A stretch of DNA of 61,176 nucleotides, counting the filler, from an uncultured bacterium (GTDB lineage Bacteria; CAYJOG01): assembly GCA_964371695.1 (NCBI GenBank). It is 6 parts of 6 records of this genome, joined end to end, with 100 filler letters (N's around TTAATTAATTAA, not from the genome) between each part and the next. Parts side by side here need not be neighbours in the genome. Positions count along the whole stretch, not along the records: positions 10,621 to 20,860 come from CAYJOG010000060.1; positions 20,961 to 30,977 come from CAYJOG010000061.1; 4 more parts are not named here. One strand, given 5' to 3'. The notes beneath the pieces are model-generated. The model made no database searches. It was not told where the DNA came from and saw only the letters and a list, made by a program, of their open reading frames with translations. Shown one piece after another: positions 18,001-27,457 of the stretch (its first letter is position 1; each line of letters opens with the position of its first letter). The translations under genes and the position numbers were made by a program.

Positions 18001-19269
18001 GAGGGTGTTGTCCGTAAAAGTGGTGGCCGTGCCCGTGGTGGTCCAGGTTTTCACGTCGTCCAGACCCGGCGCAGTGCCGATGGAATAGCTGTATTCCGCC
18101 ACACCGCTTTCGGCGTCGGTGGAGGCGTCCCACGTGGCGGTGAGGGTGTCCAGGCTGGTGGTGACCGTGCCGCCATCCATCAGGTTGAGAATGTCGGTGG
18201 GCGGCGTGGTGTCGCTGGCAGCGGTGGTGTTCACCAGAATGCCGTCGGTGCTGGCCACGGTGCTTTCCAGGCCAGCGCTGTTCAACGCCCGCACGTTGAT
18301 GAAATAGGTTGTGCCGTCAGTCAGGGTGAGGGTGTTGTCCGTCACCGTGAGCGCCGTGCCCACGCTGGTCCAGGCCTTCACGTCCTCGGCCCCGATGCTG
18401 GTGCCGATGGAATAGCTGTATTCGGTGATGGTGCTTTCCGGGTCCGTCGCTGCGTCCCAACTGGCCGAGAGCGTGGTGGTGTCGGTCTGCGTCGCGCCGT
18501 CGTCAATCAGGCCCGCAACAGCCACCGGGGGGGTGGTGTCTGTCCCGGCCACAATGTCGATGCCATCAGTGCTCACCGGGTTGCTGGCAACTCCCGCGCC
18601 GTTCACCGCCCGCACATTGATGAAATAGGTGCTGCCCACCGACAGCGTAAGGGTGTTGTCAGAAAAAGTGATGTTCGTGCCGTTCTGGGTCCAGTTCACC
18701 ACGTCGGTGCCGCCAGCCGTGGTGCCGATGGAATATTCGTAATGCGTCACACCGCTTTCGGCGTCGGATGTGGCGTCCCAACTGGCCGAGAGCGTGGTGG
18801 TGTCGGTCTGTGTCGCGCCGTCGTCGATCAGGCCGGTGATGTCGGCGGGGGCCGAGGTGTCCACCGTGATACCGTCAGAGCTGGCCACCGGGCTGTCGAG
18901 CAGTTCGTCGTCAGAAGCCCGCACGTTGATGAAATATTGCTGGCCCGGCGTGAGGGTGAGCGTGTTATCGCTGAAGGTGAGCGACGTGCCCACGCTGGTC
19001 CAGGTCACCACGTCGTCCAGCCCCGCCGCCGTGCCGATGGAATAGCTGTAATCGGTGATGGTGCCGTCATCAATGGCGGCGTCCCAACTGGCCGAGAGCG
19101 TGGTGGTGGAACTGGTGTAGTTGCCGTCGTCAATCAGGTTGGTGACGGCGTTGGGGGCGATGGCCATGGCCTGACGGGGCAGCGCCCACAGCACCCCCGC
19201 CAGCAGCACGGCCAGGGCGAAAACCCCTGTCTTTCGCAGAAAATGCTTTTTTGTTGGTATGGCAAACAT
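15079..19269 (-). CDS. large exported protein with 8 tandem ~103-aa Fn3-like repeats and a C-terminal region with WNLV-type motifs
   Basis: Repeat DTTPP..L.D.G..TL.A.WD...ESG...Y.YSIGT...YFINV.A.N.AG...STDGI.V; signal peptide after ATG 19269 (alternative ATG 19308 overlaps the upstream stop). Confidence 0.85.
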   Translation of the reverse strand: MFAIPTKKHFLRKTGVFALAVLLAGVLWALPRQAMAIAPNAVTNLIDDGNYTSSTTTLSASWDAAIDDGTITDYSYSIGTAAGLDDVVTWTSVGTSLTFSDNTLTLTPGQQYFINVRASDDELLDSPVASSDGITVDTSAPADITGLIDDGATQTDTTTLSASWDATSDAESGVTHYEYSIGTTAGGTDVVNWTQNGTNITFSDNTLTLSVGSTYFINVRAVNGAGVASNPVSTDGIDIVAGTDTTPPVAVAGLIDDGATQTDTTTLSASWDAATDPESTITEYSYSIGTSIGAEDVKAWTSVGTALTVTDNTLTLTDGTTYFINVRALNSAGLESTVASTDGILVNTTAASDTTPPTDILNLMDGGTVTTSLDTLTATWDASTDAESGVAEYSYSIGTAPGLDDVKTWTTTGTATTFTDNTLTLTDATTYFINVKGVNAAGLETPVASTDGITVNTAGASDTTSSTGVFNLQDGGQFTASLDTLTATWDPALDAESGVADYSYSVGTTAGGTDVKDWTSTGGATTFTDTTLTLTDGSTYFINIIAINGAGLESPVESTDGIAVNTAAASDTTPPTDVTGLVDAGATTVSTTSLGAQWDAATDDESGIREYQYSIGTAAGLDDVRTWTSAGTALFLTDDQLSLTDATDYFINVKAINGANLESGVVSTDGITVNAAGASDTTSPSAVTNLQDGGLINTSTTTLTATWDAAFDDDSGITVYLYSIGATAGDTDVKDWTTAGPTTSLSDDLLTLTDGTEYFINIKAINGAGLEGPVESTDGITVNLAAANDTTPPSDITLLQDEGDTTLSTDSLSAFWEPSTDAESGINRYEFSIGTTAGADDVKTWTSAGVGTFFTEAGLPLAEGVTYFINVKAINGAGLESGVASTDGISVSATGGGGGTGGTDNPTGQDSFGLTFTKNFWNLVTWPIDGSTADVTALGDGRYNLFGYDPEKTADDFGNYYTPTGLALGEGFFVYAFDDDLTLAVSGALPATTGPIEKILKTGWNVVGSPRDADLALNSLKVKDANGTTLSFADAVSAGLVESRLFGYGLGGYLSKDPGSDLERRKGYFINATQPVTLVWEHTTPRTAAAALDTDVAFALKVRFRLESGGQFDDGDTLGFTQGTLPAARLAVSEPPASPGGKVSLTLQNGGKNYAVLPVEKSAGAGVWTLRAESPAPATLTWNSRTPTGCVVNLVPVSGGAGENLAQNGALTVPAGVTTFTVSANCLGAEGAGVAVTRTLSAPVTAVFLAGNLTAQQAAGLRGYRMDKNGDYQEVDLTRDLTGPTPVLLVGGSGASVPTRVSAAASVEVPLAEGWNLVSNMLSAPIGFNARNIGFKTPGGAVVPLNQAQEWVDDTPWLLGPDGDAVEIPDAATRLFQPGESFIVYSNGPGTLVLTQ

Positions 19270-19304
19270 GGCTGATCGTCGGCTCCTTGTGCGTCCTTTG
19301 GTGA

Positions 19305-20858
19305 TCATTGTCCTGGCACCCCCGGCGGCAGCAGCGGTGTGACGGTGACCTCGGTAAAGGCTTCGCATCCGCTGGTGAGTTCGTTGGGCACCACACCCTG
19401 CACGGTGATGTTGGCGGTGGACTGGCCAAACACGCCGGGCGTGAGGTTGGTGACCACCAACTGAAACTGGGCCTGGCCCTGGGCGTCCAGCGGCAGTTGG
19501 ATGATGTCGCTGCCCGCCACGCCTGCGGCCTGCACCGTGCCCAGGTCGGTCTGCACTTCGACAAAAGCGCCGTCGGGCATTGCGCCGGTGATGGGCAAAA
19601 AGGTGGCCGTGAAGGTGGCCATGTCCGCACCGTTGGCGAGCACGTCGGGTTTGTCCACCTCTACCGTGGGGGGGTTGTATTTGGGCGCGCCGCCGGTGCA
19701 ACCACCGGGAATGGCGTCTTCTGCGCCTTCTTCGGCAGAGCCGATGATGAGAATCGGGCCGGGGTCAGACTCGCTCGCGCCGGACACCACAATCACCGCC
19801 CCGGTCTGGGCATCTTCGGGCACTTCCACAATGGCGGTCTGGGGGTTGGATTCCAGGTCCGCACTCTGGGCGACAACCTCGTCCCCACCCTCGAATATAA
19901 AAGACAGGGAGTCCCGGTCAGGCAACGCACCCTGAAAGGAAATCTGAATCTGATCTCCCGGCCCGGCGGTTTGCGGCGAAATATCAATGATGCTGACACC
20001 GGCAAAAGACGGGCCACTGGTGACACCACTCTCGGCCACGGAGGGATCGAGTTCATGTATCACCAGGTCAAAAGCCACGCCGTCGTCCGAGCCTTCTGCC
20101 GCGCCGTAAACCCCCACGATGGCAACCACCGTGTCTTTGGCCGTGCGGTTGAGGTTGAACTGAATGACGGCAGGCTGGCCGCCCTCGATTTCGTCGGAAA
20201 TGATCTGGCCGCCGTCGCGTGTGGGCAGGGTGTCGCTGGCCATGTTGCCCACCAGGATTGCCGTGCCACCCGCCACGTTCAGTTCCACGTTATAGGGCCG
20301 GTTGTCGGCCACCATTTCAAAGGCGTAGAACTTGTATTTGCCAAACTTGACGGCGCCCACAACGGTTTCGTCCATACCAATGAAGCCAACTTCCACTTCT
20401 TCTTCGCCTTCAACACCTGCTCCGCCCTCTGATTCGGCAATGGTGAGGTTCGCGCCTTTTTCAGCCCGGCGGTCTCCGGCAGAGACATAAACCGCGCCAG
20501 TCTGCGCGCCATCGGGCACCACCACGGTGGCGACACCCGCCTCGAAACTGGAAGCCTCGGCGGTGACACCGCCCTCGAACTCGAAGGTGAGTGCATCGCC
20601 AGGGGCAGCGCCCTTCACCTTGAACTTCACTTCTGCGCCCACAGCGGCCTCTTTGGGAGACCCGCCTGAAATCTTCAAAGGCTTAGGAGCTTTCTCCTTG
20701 GCCACTTTCTCCTTTTTCACCTTGGGAGCCTTGGGCGCTTTGGGAGCCTTCTCCTTGGCCACTTTCTCCTTTTTCACCTTGGGAGCCTTGGGCGCTTTGG
20801 GAGCCTTCTCCTTGGCCACTTTCTCCTTTTTCACCTTGGGAGCCTTGGGCGCTTTGGG
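19305..20858 (-). CDS. acidic surface protein with Ig-like (IPT- and invasin-like) domains and a Lys-rich repeat, 5'-partial
   Basis: VPDGAQTGAV and VPEDAQTGAV repeats; VLANGADMATFTAT invasin-like motif; open to the contig end. Confidence 0.75.
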   Translation of the reverse strand, partial: PKAPKAPKVKKEKVAKEKAPKAPKAPKVKKEKVAKEKAPKAPKAPKVKKEKVAKEKAPKPLKISGGSPKEAAVGAEVKFKVKGAAPGDALTFEFEGGVTAEASSFEAGVATVVVPDGAQTGAVYVSAGDRRAEKGANLTIAESEGGAGVEGEEEVEVGFIGMDETVVGAVKFGKYKFYAFEMVADNRPYNVELNVAGGTAILVGNMASDTLPTRDGGQIISDEIEGGQPAVIQFNLNRTAKDTVVAIVGVYGAAEGSDDGVAFDLVIHELDPSVAESGVTSGPSFAGVSIIDISPQTAGPGDQIQISFQGALPDRDSLSFIFEGGDEVVAQSADLESNPQTAIVEVPEDAQTGAVIVVSGASESDPGPILIIGSAEEGAEDAIPGGCTGGAPKYNPPTVEVDKPDVLANGADMATFTATFLPITGAMPDGAFVEVQTDLGTVQAAGVAGSDIIQLPLDAQGQAQFQLVVTNLTPGVFGQSTANITVQGVVPNELTSGCEAFTEVTVTPLLPPGVPGQ

Positions 20859-20860
20859 AG
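20692..20860. repeat. 57-bp coding tandem repeat (KKEKVAKEKAPKAPKAPKV), about 3 copies to the contig end
   Basis: Identical nucleotide units. Confidence 0.95.
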
Positions 20861-20960
20861 NNNNNNNNNNNNNNNNNNNNNNNNNNNNNNNNNNNNNNNN
20901 NNNNTTAATTAATTAANNNNNNNNNNNNNNNNNNNNNNNNNNNNNNNNNNNNNNNNNNNN
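20861..20960. other. artificial contig linker
   Basis: N44-TTAATTAATTAA-N44. Confidence 0.98.
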
Positions 20961-20962
20961 GC

Positions 20963-21241
20963 CTGCTGGAGCGTGGGCAGTCGCAGGTCATCGGGTCACA
21001 GTGGCGGCTTTCCCTCAGCGGGCGATACACCCATCCCAAAGCCAAATACCTTTATCTGGCCTTGGGGGGCGATGCCTATTCATCGGGCCTGCCGGTTTAT
21101 GACGCCGAAATGGGCGGGCCGTCTTCGCTCATGGCGTTTGTCTATAAAAGCGACCCCACACAGGGGCCCAAGGTGGCCTCGTTGTATGAAAAAGCCGTGG
21201 GTGTGTTGTGGTTGCAGGTGGGCGCCGAGGTGAAGTTTTAA
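20963..21241 (+). CDS. C-terminal fragment of a probable outer-membrane beta-barrel protein
   Basis: Frame open from the contig start (absent from the ORF track), ending WLQVGAEVKF* with a beta-signal-like terminal Phe. Confidence 0.6.
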   Translation: MLERGQSQVIGSQWRLSLSGRYTHPKAKYLYLALGGDAYSSGLPVYDAEMGGPSSLMAFVYKSDPTQGPKVASLYEKAVGVLWLQVGAEVKF

Positions 21242-21264
21242 CCACCCGGCCAAAGGAGGCCGCC

Positions 21265-21618
21265 ATGGCGAAGATCCTTTTTATTCTCAACGACCCGCCC
21301 TATGGCACCGAGCGTTGTTTCAACGGCTTGCGTCTGGCCGGTGCGGTGGCCAAGCGCGAGGGCGAAGCGGTGCGGGTTTTTCTGATGGGTGACGCCGCCG
21401 CCTGCGCCAAGGCGGGGCAAAAGTTGCCCAATGGTTATTACAACATTGAGCGGATGCTGCGGGTGGTGGCGGGCCTGGGCGGGAAGATCGGCGTGTGCGG
21501 CACCTGCATGGACGCCAGGGGCATTGCCGAAAACGAACTGGCCGAAGGCGCGGCGCGCAGCACTTTGGAAGAACTCACGGACTGGACGCTGTGGGCGGAT
21601 CAGGTGCTGGTTTTTTAG
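21265..21618 (+). CDS. ychN: DsrE/DsrF-like family protein (YchN-like)
   Basis: ILNDPPYGTER, VFLMGDA, CGTCMDARG; AAGGAGG RBS. Confidence 0.9.
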   Translation: MAKILFILNDPPYGTERCFNGLRLAGAVAKREGEAVRVFLMGDAAACAKAGQKLPNGYYNIERMLRVVAGLGGKIGVCGTCMDARGIAENELAEGAARSTLEELTDWTLWADQVLVF

Positions 21619-22226
21619 AGTATTTTCAGATAAGGCAGCAGAAAAAATAATATGGAGACTATTAGGGAAATAAGGGAAATGATTATTGCCCCACATGATA
21701 GCCAGTTCGCGTGACGAGCAACGCCAACGGTTTCCTTGTGGCGTTTTTCTTCAACGATGTGTTTATTGACTTCGTAGCTTTGTTGGTTCCAGTGTGATTC
21801 TTCCCGTGCGGCGTGCTGGGTTATCTGGTCAATAAAATCTGTTTTTGTTTGGCTTGGCACAGGTGCTCCCGTTTGGGTCAGAGCGGAGCGGAAGAGTTTT
21901 TTATCTTGCTCCCACAACAAATATGAGAGAACTCTCCAGAGTGGCTGCTTTCCATTAAAACAATCGGTTGGAGTGTCGAGAATATCCAGAGCGCAGGCGC
22001 CAGGATATTCCAGCATAAGCCGCATGGTGGCGAACCTTATGTTTGTGCTTGTAAGATTGAAATGCGCACAGTGATAAAGCCCATTTTCGTGAGGGTGCCT
22101 GTCTGGGATAGTGAATTGAGGCGCACCATTTTTCTTTTCATCCAAAAGTTTTCTCATGCTGGCTAAATCATTTTGACTCAGGTAATCACGCATCCGATCA
22201 AAAAAACGATTTTGCACTATGTCCAC
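21615..22226 (-). CDS. hypothetical protein with C-terminal TM helix (start uncertain)
   Basis: Long ORF in a low-GC segment; hydrophobic C-terminus. Confidence 0.5.
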   Translation of the reverse strand: MDIVQNRFFDRMRDYLSQNDLASMRKLLDEKKNGAPQFTIPDRHPHENGLYHCAHFNLTSTNIRFATMRLMLEYPGACALDILDTPTDCFNGKQPLWRVLSYLLWEQDKKLFRSALTQTGAPVPSQTKTDFIDQITQHAAREESHWNQQSYEVNKHIVEEKRHKETVGVARHANWLSCGAIIISLISLIVSILFFLLPYLKIL

Positions 22227-22310
22227 AGCGACCCTGCTCACTACAGAAGGAAATGGTATCCAAAAAACTTTCAAGAGCAAGGCGATGGATAAATTTGCTA
22301 TACTTTCGCC

Positions 22311-23036
22311 ATGCGCAGGAAGTCTGAAAAGGTTTCTCAGGAACCCGATCCAATCGCCAAAGTAGAAATGATAATTGACAAAGGCGTTGGGGAGTATGTG
22401 GTCATGGTTTACCCAAATACGCTTGGCAAGTTGTTGAAGCGCCCCTTGTGGCTGGGAGTCCTCTTTGTTTTTTTGGGGTTGATTCTTGGTATTTTTGCGG
22501 GATTTGCAATTGCCCGGCAGCAAGAAGGCCCCTTCCCAAGCCGCGATTGGATTAAAAAGGATGACGATGGCCGTACTTTTTTCATCAATAAATCTTCTGG
22601 GGATTTATGTCATTTAAGCATTTATTCGGGTGACAAAGATCGGTGGACTTGTGACATACATGACGGTAATGGGAAAGCGCAATACCACATGTATCCCTGT
22701 CGGTGGAAATGGCCCTGGGGGGTGGTGTGCGCGGAAGACAAAACTGGTGAGCAAAGAAGCGCAACAGTGAAAAAAGAGCAACGTCACTTTACAGCAAGCT
22801 CAAAGCCGTTATTCCAGGGGTGGCTTAAGGCGCACCTTACCGACATCGGCAAGGCTGACGCCTATGCCGGACAGGTAAAGCAATTTGGTAAAAAACGGGC
22901 AGATGAGGCGGCTTTTTATAGATTTAAAAACGAGTTCCAGTCCTTCATCAAAGACGGTGGCGCGGTGCAGGGGACGAAGCCCTACGGCGCGGCGCAGCAA
23001 GCCACCACCGGGACTTCAGAAATCGAGAAAAAGTGA
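22311..23036 (+). CDS. hypothetical membrane-anchored protein
   Basis: 241-aa ORF in a low-GC segment, one TM helix, TATACT 6 nt before ATG. Confidence 0.65.
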   Translation: MRRKSEKVSQEPDPIAKVEMIIDKGVGEYVVMVYPNTLGKLLKRPLWLGVLFVFLGLILGIFAGFAIARQQEGPFPSRDWIKKDDDGRTFFINKSSGDLCHLSIYSGDKDRWTCDIHDGNGKAQYHMYPCRWKWPWGVVCAEDKTGEQRSATVKKEQRHFTASSKPLFQGWLKAHLTDIGKADAYAGQVKQFGKKRADEAAFYRFKNEFQSFIKDGGAVQGTKPYGAAQQATTGTSEIEKK

Positions 23037-23053
23037 TTTTTGATTTTGAATAC

Positions 23054-23164
23054 CTCGGCACTGTCGCGCCGCTGGGCGCACCCGGCAGCATCAATACGCT
23101 GCCGCAACCCCAAAGACCACCCGCGCCCATTACCCCAACCCTCTCCCCAAAAGGGGAGAGGGGG
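23054..23164 (+). repeat. ~85-nt structured repeat (family D) fused to REP A
   Basis: cggcactgtcgcgccg-ctgggcgcaccc-ggcagcatcaatacgctgcc...cgcgcccattacc; five copies in the window. Confidence 0.85.
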
Positions 23165-23255
23165 TAGAGAGCGCTCTGGTGTGTGGCTTACGGGCGCGGT
23201 GAAGCGAAAAGCAGCGAGCAAATCTCAGGAAAATGGCCAGGGCAAAAAGCAGTTT

Positions 23256-24761
23256 TCAAAACACCGCAGCTTTTTTCTGAAGGCGTGACAGCAGCGAGGG
23301 CCGGGGTTTTTCCGCGTCCTGTCCGGTGATGTGGTTCTCCGGCAGGGCTTCGTCTTTTTCTTCAAAAAACACCAAGCTCAGAATGGTGAAGAAGGCGGTG
23401 AAGGCGATTTTGATTTCGGTGAACGAGCGCAGTTTGAGTAGCTTCATCCACAGATAGGGCAGGCGGAGGTAATACTGGCGATAGGCCACCCGATAAAACG
23501 CCTCCACCTCGGCGGGCGGCAACTGGGGCTGGTTGAGAATGGCGTTGCTGTAATCGTATTTGGACCAGTCTTCGTGACCCAGATAACCCTCGCGCCGGGC
23601 TTCTTCATACATCACCGTGCCGGGAAACGGCGTGGCGATGTTGAACATGGCGGTGTCGGAGTTGATGTAGCGGGCCACGTTCAGGGTTTTCTGCATGGTG
23701 GTTTTGGTCTCACCGATGTTGCCCAGAATGTAACCGGCCTTGATGTCCATGCCCAGGGACTTGGCCATGTTGATGCAGTGAAAAAGCTTCTCGAACGTGG
23801 TGTGTTTTTTGATGGCTTCGAGGATTTCCTCGTCGCCGGTTTCAATGCCGTAGTCCAGCATGTAACAACCCGCCGCCTTCATCAGGCGCAGGGTTTCATA
23901 GTCGGTCATTTCGGTGCGCAGGTTGCACACCCACAGGGTCTTGATGTTCCGGCGGATTTTTTCTTCGCAAAACCGGCGGATCTTCATTTTTGCGCCGAGA
24001 AAAACGTCGTCGTAAAAACTGATGTCCCGCACGTGATACTGCTTTTCCAGCATTTCCAGTTCGTCCAGGTTCGCGTCGGTGCCCCGCGCCCGCACACGGC
24101 GGCCAAACACTTTCTGAAAGCAGAAAGTGCATTCGCCATAACATCCCCGCGTGGTGATGATGCTCAGCGCGGGCAGCACTTTGTAATTGCCCAGGCTGGG
24201 GCGGTAAAGGGGCAGGGGCAGCAGGTGATAGGCGGGCAGGGGAATGTCGTTAAGGTCCTTGATCAGCGCCCTGGGGGGTGTGCGGGCAAACACCGCCGGG
24301 TCGTCTTTTTGCCGGTAACACAGGCCGTGGATGGTTTCCCAGGCCTGGCCCCCCGCCAGTTCCGCCAGTGTGACCTCGCCTTCGCCAATGGCCACGGCGT
24401 CGGCCTGGGACTGCCGCAAGGTTTCTTCGGGCAGGGCGGTGGCGTGGGGGCCGCCCATGATCACCGGCGTGTCCGGGAAGTGCTTCTTGCTCATGGCGAT
24501 GACCGCCGCCGCGTGGTGAAAAATGGGAGTGGTGCTGGTGACGCCCAGCATGTCGGCATTAAAGGCAGTGATGTGGTTTTCGATGTCGTGGTAACCCAGG
24601 TTCAGCGCCTGGGCGTCCAGGATTTCCAACTGGTGGCCTTCCCGCTCCAGATAAGCCGCCAGACTCGCCAGACACATGGGGGGCACCACACCCGCCACCT
24701 TGCGCCAGATGTTGCCGTGGCGCTTGATCCACGGCGGATTGACGAGCAGCACCTTTGACAT
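23256..24761 (-). CDS. B12-binding radical SAM protein
   Basis: N-terminal cobalamin-binding domain (LASLAAYL, IMGGPHAT); RGCYGECTFC CxxxCxxC motif; TPFPGT. Confidence 0.92.
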   Translation of the reverse strand: MSKVLLVNPPWIKRHGNIWRKVAGVVPPMCLASLAAYLEREGHQLEILDAQALNLGYHDIENHITAFNADMLGVTSTTPIFHHAAAVIAMSKKHFPDTPVIMGGPHATALPEETLRQSQADAVAIGEGEVTLAELAGGQAWETIHGLCYRQKDDPAVFARTPPRALIKDLNDIPLPAYHLLPLPLYRPSLGNYKVLPALSIITTRGCYGECTFCFQKVFGRRVRARGTDANLDELEMLEKQYHVRDISFYDDVFLGAKMKIRRFCEEKIRRNIKTLWVCNLRTEMTDYETLRLMKAAGCYMLDYGIETGDEEILEAIKKHTTFEKLFHCINMAKSLGMDIKAGYILGNIGETKTTMQKTLNVARYINSDTAMFNIATPFPGTVMYEEARREGYLGHEDWSKYDYSNAILNQPQLPPAEVEAFYRVAYRQYYLRLPYLWMKLLKLRSFTEIKIAFTAFFTILSLVFFEEKDEALPENHITGQDAEKPRPSLLSRLQKKAAVF

Positions 24762-24900
24762 GAAACAGGTCCAGTTTAGGCCAGGGGGTGGTTGGGGGCC
24801 AATATTCGGGTCAAAAAGGCTAAAAACGGGGTTGAATGGTCCTTTTATGTGGGCAGCGATTTGGTCCAGGCGCTTTGCCGTGGCAAGATGTTCACCCCTC

Positions 24901-26013
24901 ATGGTTCAGTCCATCTTTATGGACGAGGATAACGCCGGGGTCAGCGGCCACCGGGAGGTGACCCGCGCCCTTGCCCGGCGGCTTCTGAGTCTCTCTCCCG
25001 CTGCCGTGGTGCTGGCGGTGGTGGATCTGTGGCCGGAGAAATTCGCCGAGACCTTTGCGCCCCTGCTGGACACGGGCACCGACATCGTGGCCTTCAGCAC
25101 CTCGGCGGTTTTCTCTGGCGGCAGATTGGTGGAGGGCCGCCCCGCCGTGGCGGGCCTGTGTTTTTTTGGCGAGGAATCGGCCCTGCGGTTTGACGCTGCG
25201 GGGGTGTGCAAAAGCACACCCCCCATGACACCCGCTCAGAGCGCCATGATTTTCAGCACGTCACGCCTTACCAATCTGGAGTCTCTGAGCGGTGTCTTCA
25301 CCCATTTTGCGCCCGATGCGCCCCAGCGTTTTTCCGGGGGCTTCACCATGGAAGACCCCCGCGGCCGCAGTTGGGTGTGGGACAGGTCTGGTGTGCATGA
25401 TTCTGGTTTCGTGGCGCTCCTGAGTCCGCAGCGGCCAGAGATGGGTTTGAGCCAGGGCATGCGCCGCCTGGGAGATCCCTATCTGGTCACCGCCGCAGAG
25501 GGCCCGTGGCTGAAGACGCTGGCGTTTCAGCCTGCGCTGGAACGGTTGGAAAACGCCCTGGAGAACGAAGGCAACGAGGTGGACGCCCAGTTGTTTGTGG
25601 GCTTTCCCTATGATCAGGCCGGAGAGCTGCGTGACCCGGAGGCGTTCCTGGCCTATCCGGTGATGGGGGTGGACCGCGAGGGCGGGGCGCTGCGCCTGAC
25701 GCTGGAGGTGCCCGTGGGGGTGCCCGCCCAGCTCATGGCCAAAAACGCCCAGGGGGCCACCGATGGTCTGGACCGTCTGGCCCAGGGACTGAAAAACGTG
25801 ATGCACGAGGCGCGTTTTGGCGTGGTCACCAGTTGTTGCGCCCGCAACAGCCGTTTTTTTGGCGCGGTGGGGTCAGACGCAAAAGCCTTTGGTGGCGCTT
25901 TTGGTGTGGTGCCGCATTTTGGCTGGTATGCCAACGGCGAGTTTTTTCATGATCACCGGGGGCTGCATCTGGTGCAGTTTTCGGCGGTGGTCAACGTGGC
26001 GGTTAATGACTGA
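24901..26013 (+). CDS. stand-alone FIST-domain protein
   Basis: SQGMRRLG..YLVT, SCCAR and GWYANGEF FIST_C motifs. Confidence 0.8.
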   Translation: MVQSIFMDEDNAGVSGHREVTRALARRLLSLSPAAVVLAVVDLWPEKFAETFAPLLDTGTDIVAFSTSAVFSGGRLVEGRPAVAGLCFFGEESALRFDAAGVCKSTPPMTPAQSAMIFSTSRLTNLESLSGVFTHFAPDAPQRFSGGFTMEDPRGRSWVWDRSGVHDSGFVALLSPQRPEMGLSQGMRRLGDPYLVTAAEGPWLKTLAFQPALERLENALENEGNEVDAQLFVGFPYDQAGELRDPEAFLAYPVMGVDREGGALRLTLEVPVGVPAQLMAKNAQGATDGLDRLAQGLKNVMHEARFGVVTSCCARNSRFFGAVGSDAKAFGGAFGVVPHFGWYANGEFFHDHRGLHLVQFSAVVNVAVND

Positions 26014-27418
26014 CATCCCCAACCATTCACCGGCGGAACTGGCGGCGCTGGACAGGGCGTTTGTCCTGCACCCGTTCACCTCGGTGCATGAGCACCTGTC
26101 CGCTGGTCCCCGCGTGATGGTGCGCGGTCAGGGGGTGCGCCTGCACGACGCCACGGGCAAGGAATATCTGGACGCCATGGCGGGGTTGTGGTGTGTGAAC
26201 ATCGGTTATGGCCGCCCCGAAATGGCGCGGGCCATGGCGGCGCAGTGCGAGCAACTTTCTTATTACCACAGCTTCATGGGCATGGCCAATCCGCCATCCA
26301 TTCTGCTGGCGCAAAAGCTGGTGGCCATGACGCCGCCTGGGCTGAACCACGTTTTTTTCGCCAACTCCGGCAGTGAGGCCAACGACACCCTCGTGAAACT
26401 GGTGTGGCTGCTGAACAATCAGCGGGGTTTGCCGCAGAAAAAAAAGTTCATCACCCGCCGGGGGGCCTATCACGGTGTCACGGTGGCCACCGCCAGCCTC
26501 AGCGGCCTGGACCCGATGCACGCCGGTTTTGATTTGCCAGTGGATCGCTTTTTGCACGTCACCAAACCGCACCATTACTGGAACGCCCAACCGGGTGAGG
26601 ACGAGGTGGCTTTTTCGGCCCGTCTGGCCCAGGAACTGGAAGACCTGATTTTGGCCGAGGGGCCTGACACCGTGGCGGCTTTTGTGGCCGAGCCGGTGAT
26701 GGGGGCGGGGGGTGTTGTGCCGCCCCCGGCGGGATATTTCGAGGCCATCGCGCCGGTGCTCAAACGCCACGGCGTGTGGTTTTGTGTGGATGAAGTCATC
26801 AGCGGATTTGGTCGCTTGGGCCAGTGGTTTGGCAGCGAGGTGTATGACCTGAAGCCGGACTTCATGACACTGGCCAAGGGCCTCACCAGCGGTTATGTGC
26901 CCATGTCGGCGTTGATGGTGGGGGACGAACCGTGGGAGATTCTCAAGGACGCTTCGGCAAAACATGGTCCTTTCGCCCATGGGTTTACCTACAGCGCCCA
27001 TCCGCTTTCGGCAGCGGTGGCGTTGGAAAACCTGCGGCTGATTGAAGAAGAAGACCTGCCGGGGCGGGCGGCCCGGTTGGGGGCGGTTTTTCAGAAAAAT
27101 CTGCGGGCCGCCGTGGGGGAACATCCGCTGGTGGGCGAGGTTCGGGGCCTGGGGCTGATTGCCGGTGTTGAACTGGTGGCGGACAAGGCGCGGAAAATAG
27201 CATTTGATGCGGCCCTGGGGGTGGGCAAGCGGCTGGCGATGTTGCTGATGGAAGAAGAGGGCCTCATCTGCCGCCCCATCGTGAACACGCTGGCGTTTTC
27301 GCCGCCGCTGGTGGTGGGCGAAGAGGACCTGGACCAGATGGTGATAAGTTTCGCGCGGGGGCTTGAAAAGGTGGGTGCGCTGCTGGTGCAGGAGGGAATC
27401 TGCAAGCCGGGAGCGTAG
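26007..27418 (+). CDS. class III PLP aminotransferase (omega-amino acid/polyamine type); ATG at about 26006
   Basis: YLDAMAGLW, SGSEAND, AYHG, DEVISGFGRLG, LAKGLTSGY. Confidence 0.93.
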
Positions 27419-27457
27419 AAGCCTCATGGATTTCTGGGATAATTTTCAGGGGTGTCG

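Noticed and set aside
19309-19701. N-terminal extension of the 1540-aa ORF
   Set aside because: It overlaps the upstream gene in another frame. The signal peptide begins at 19269-19308.
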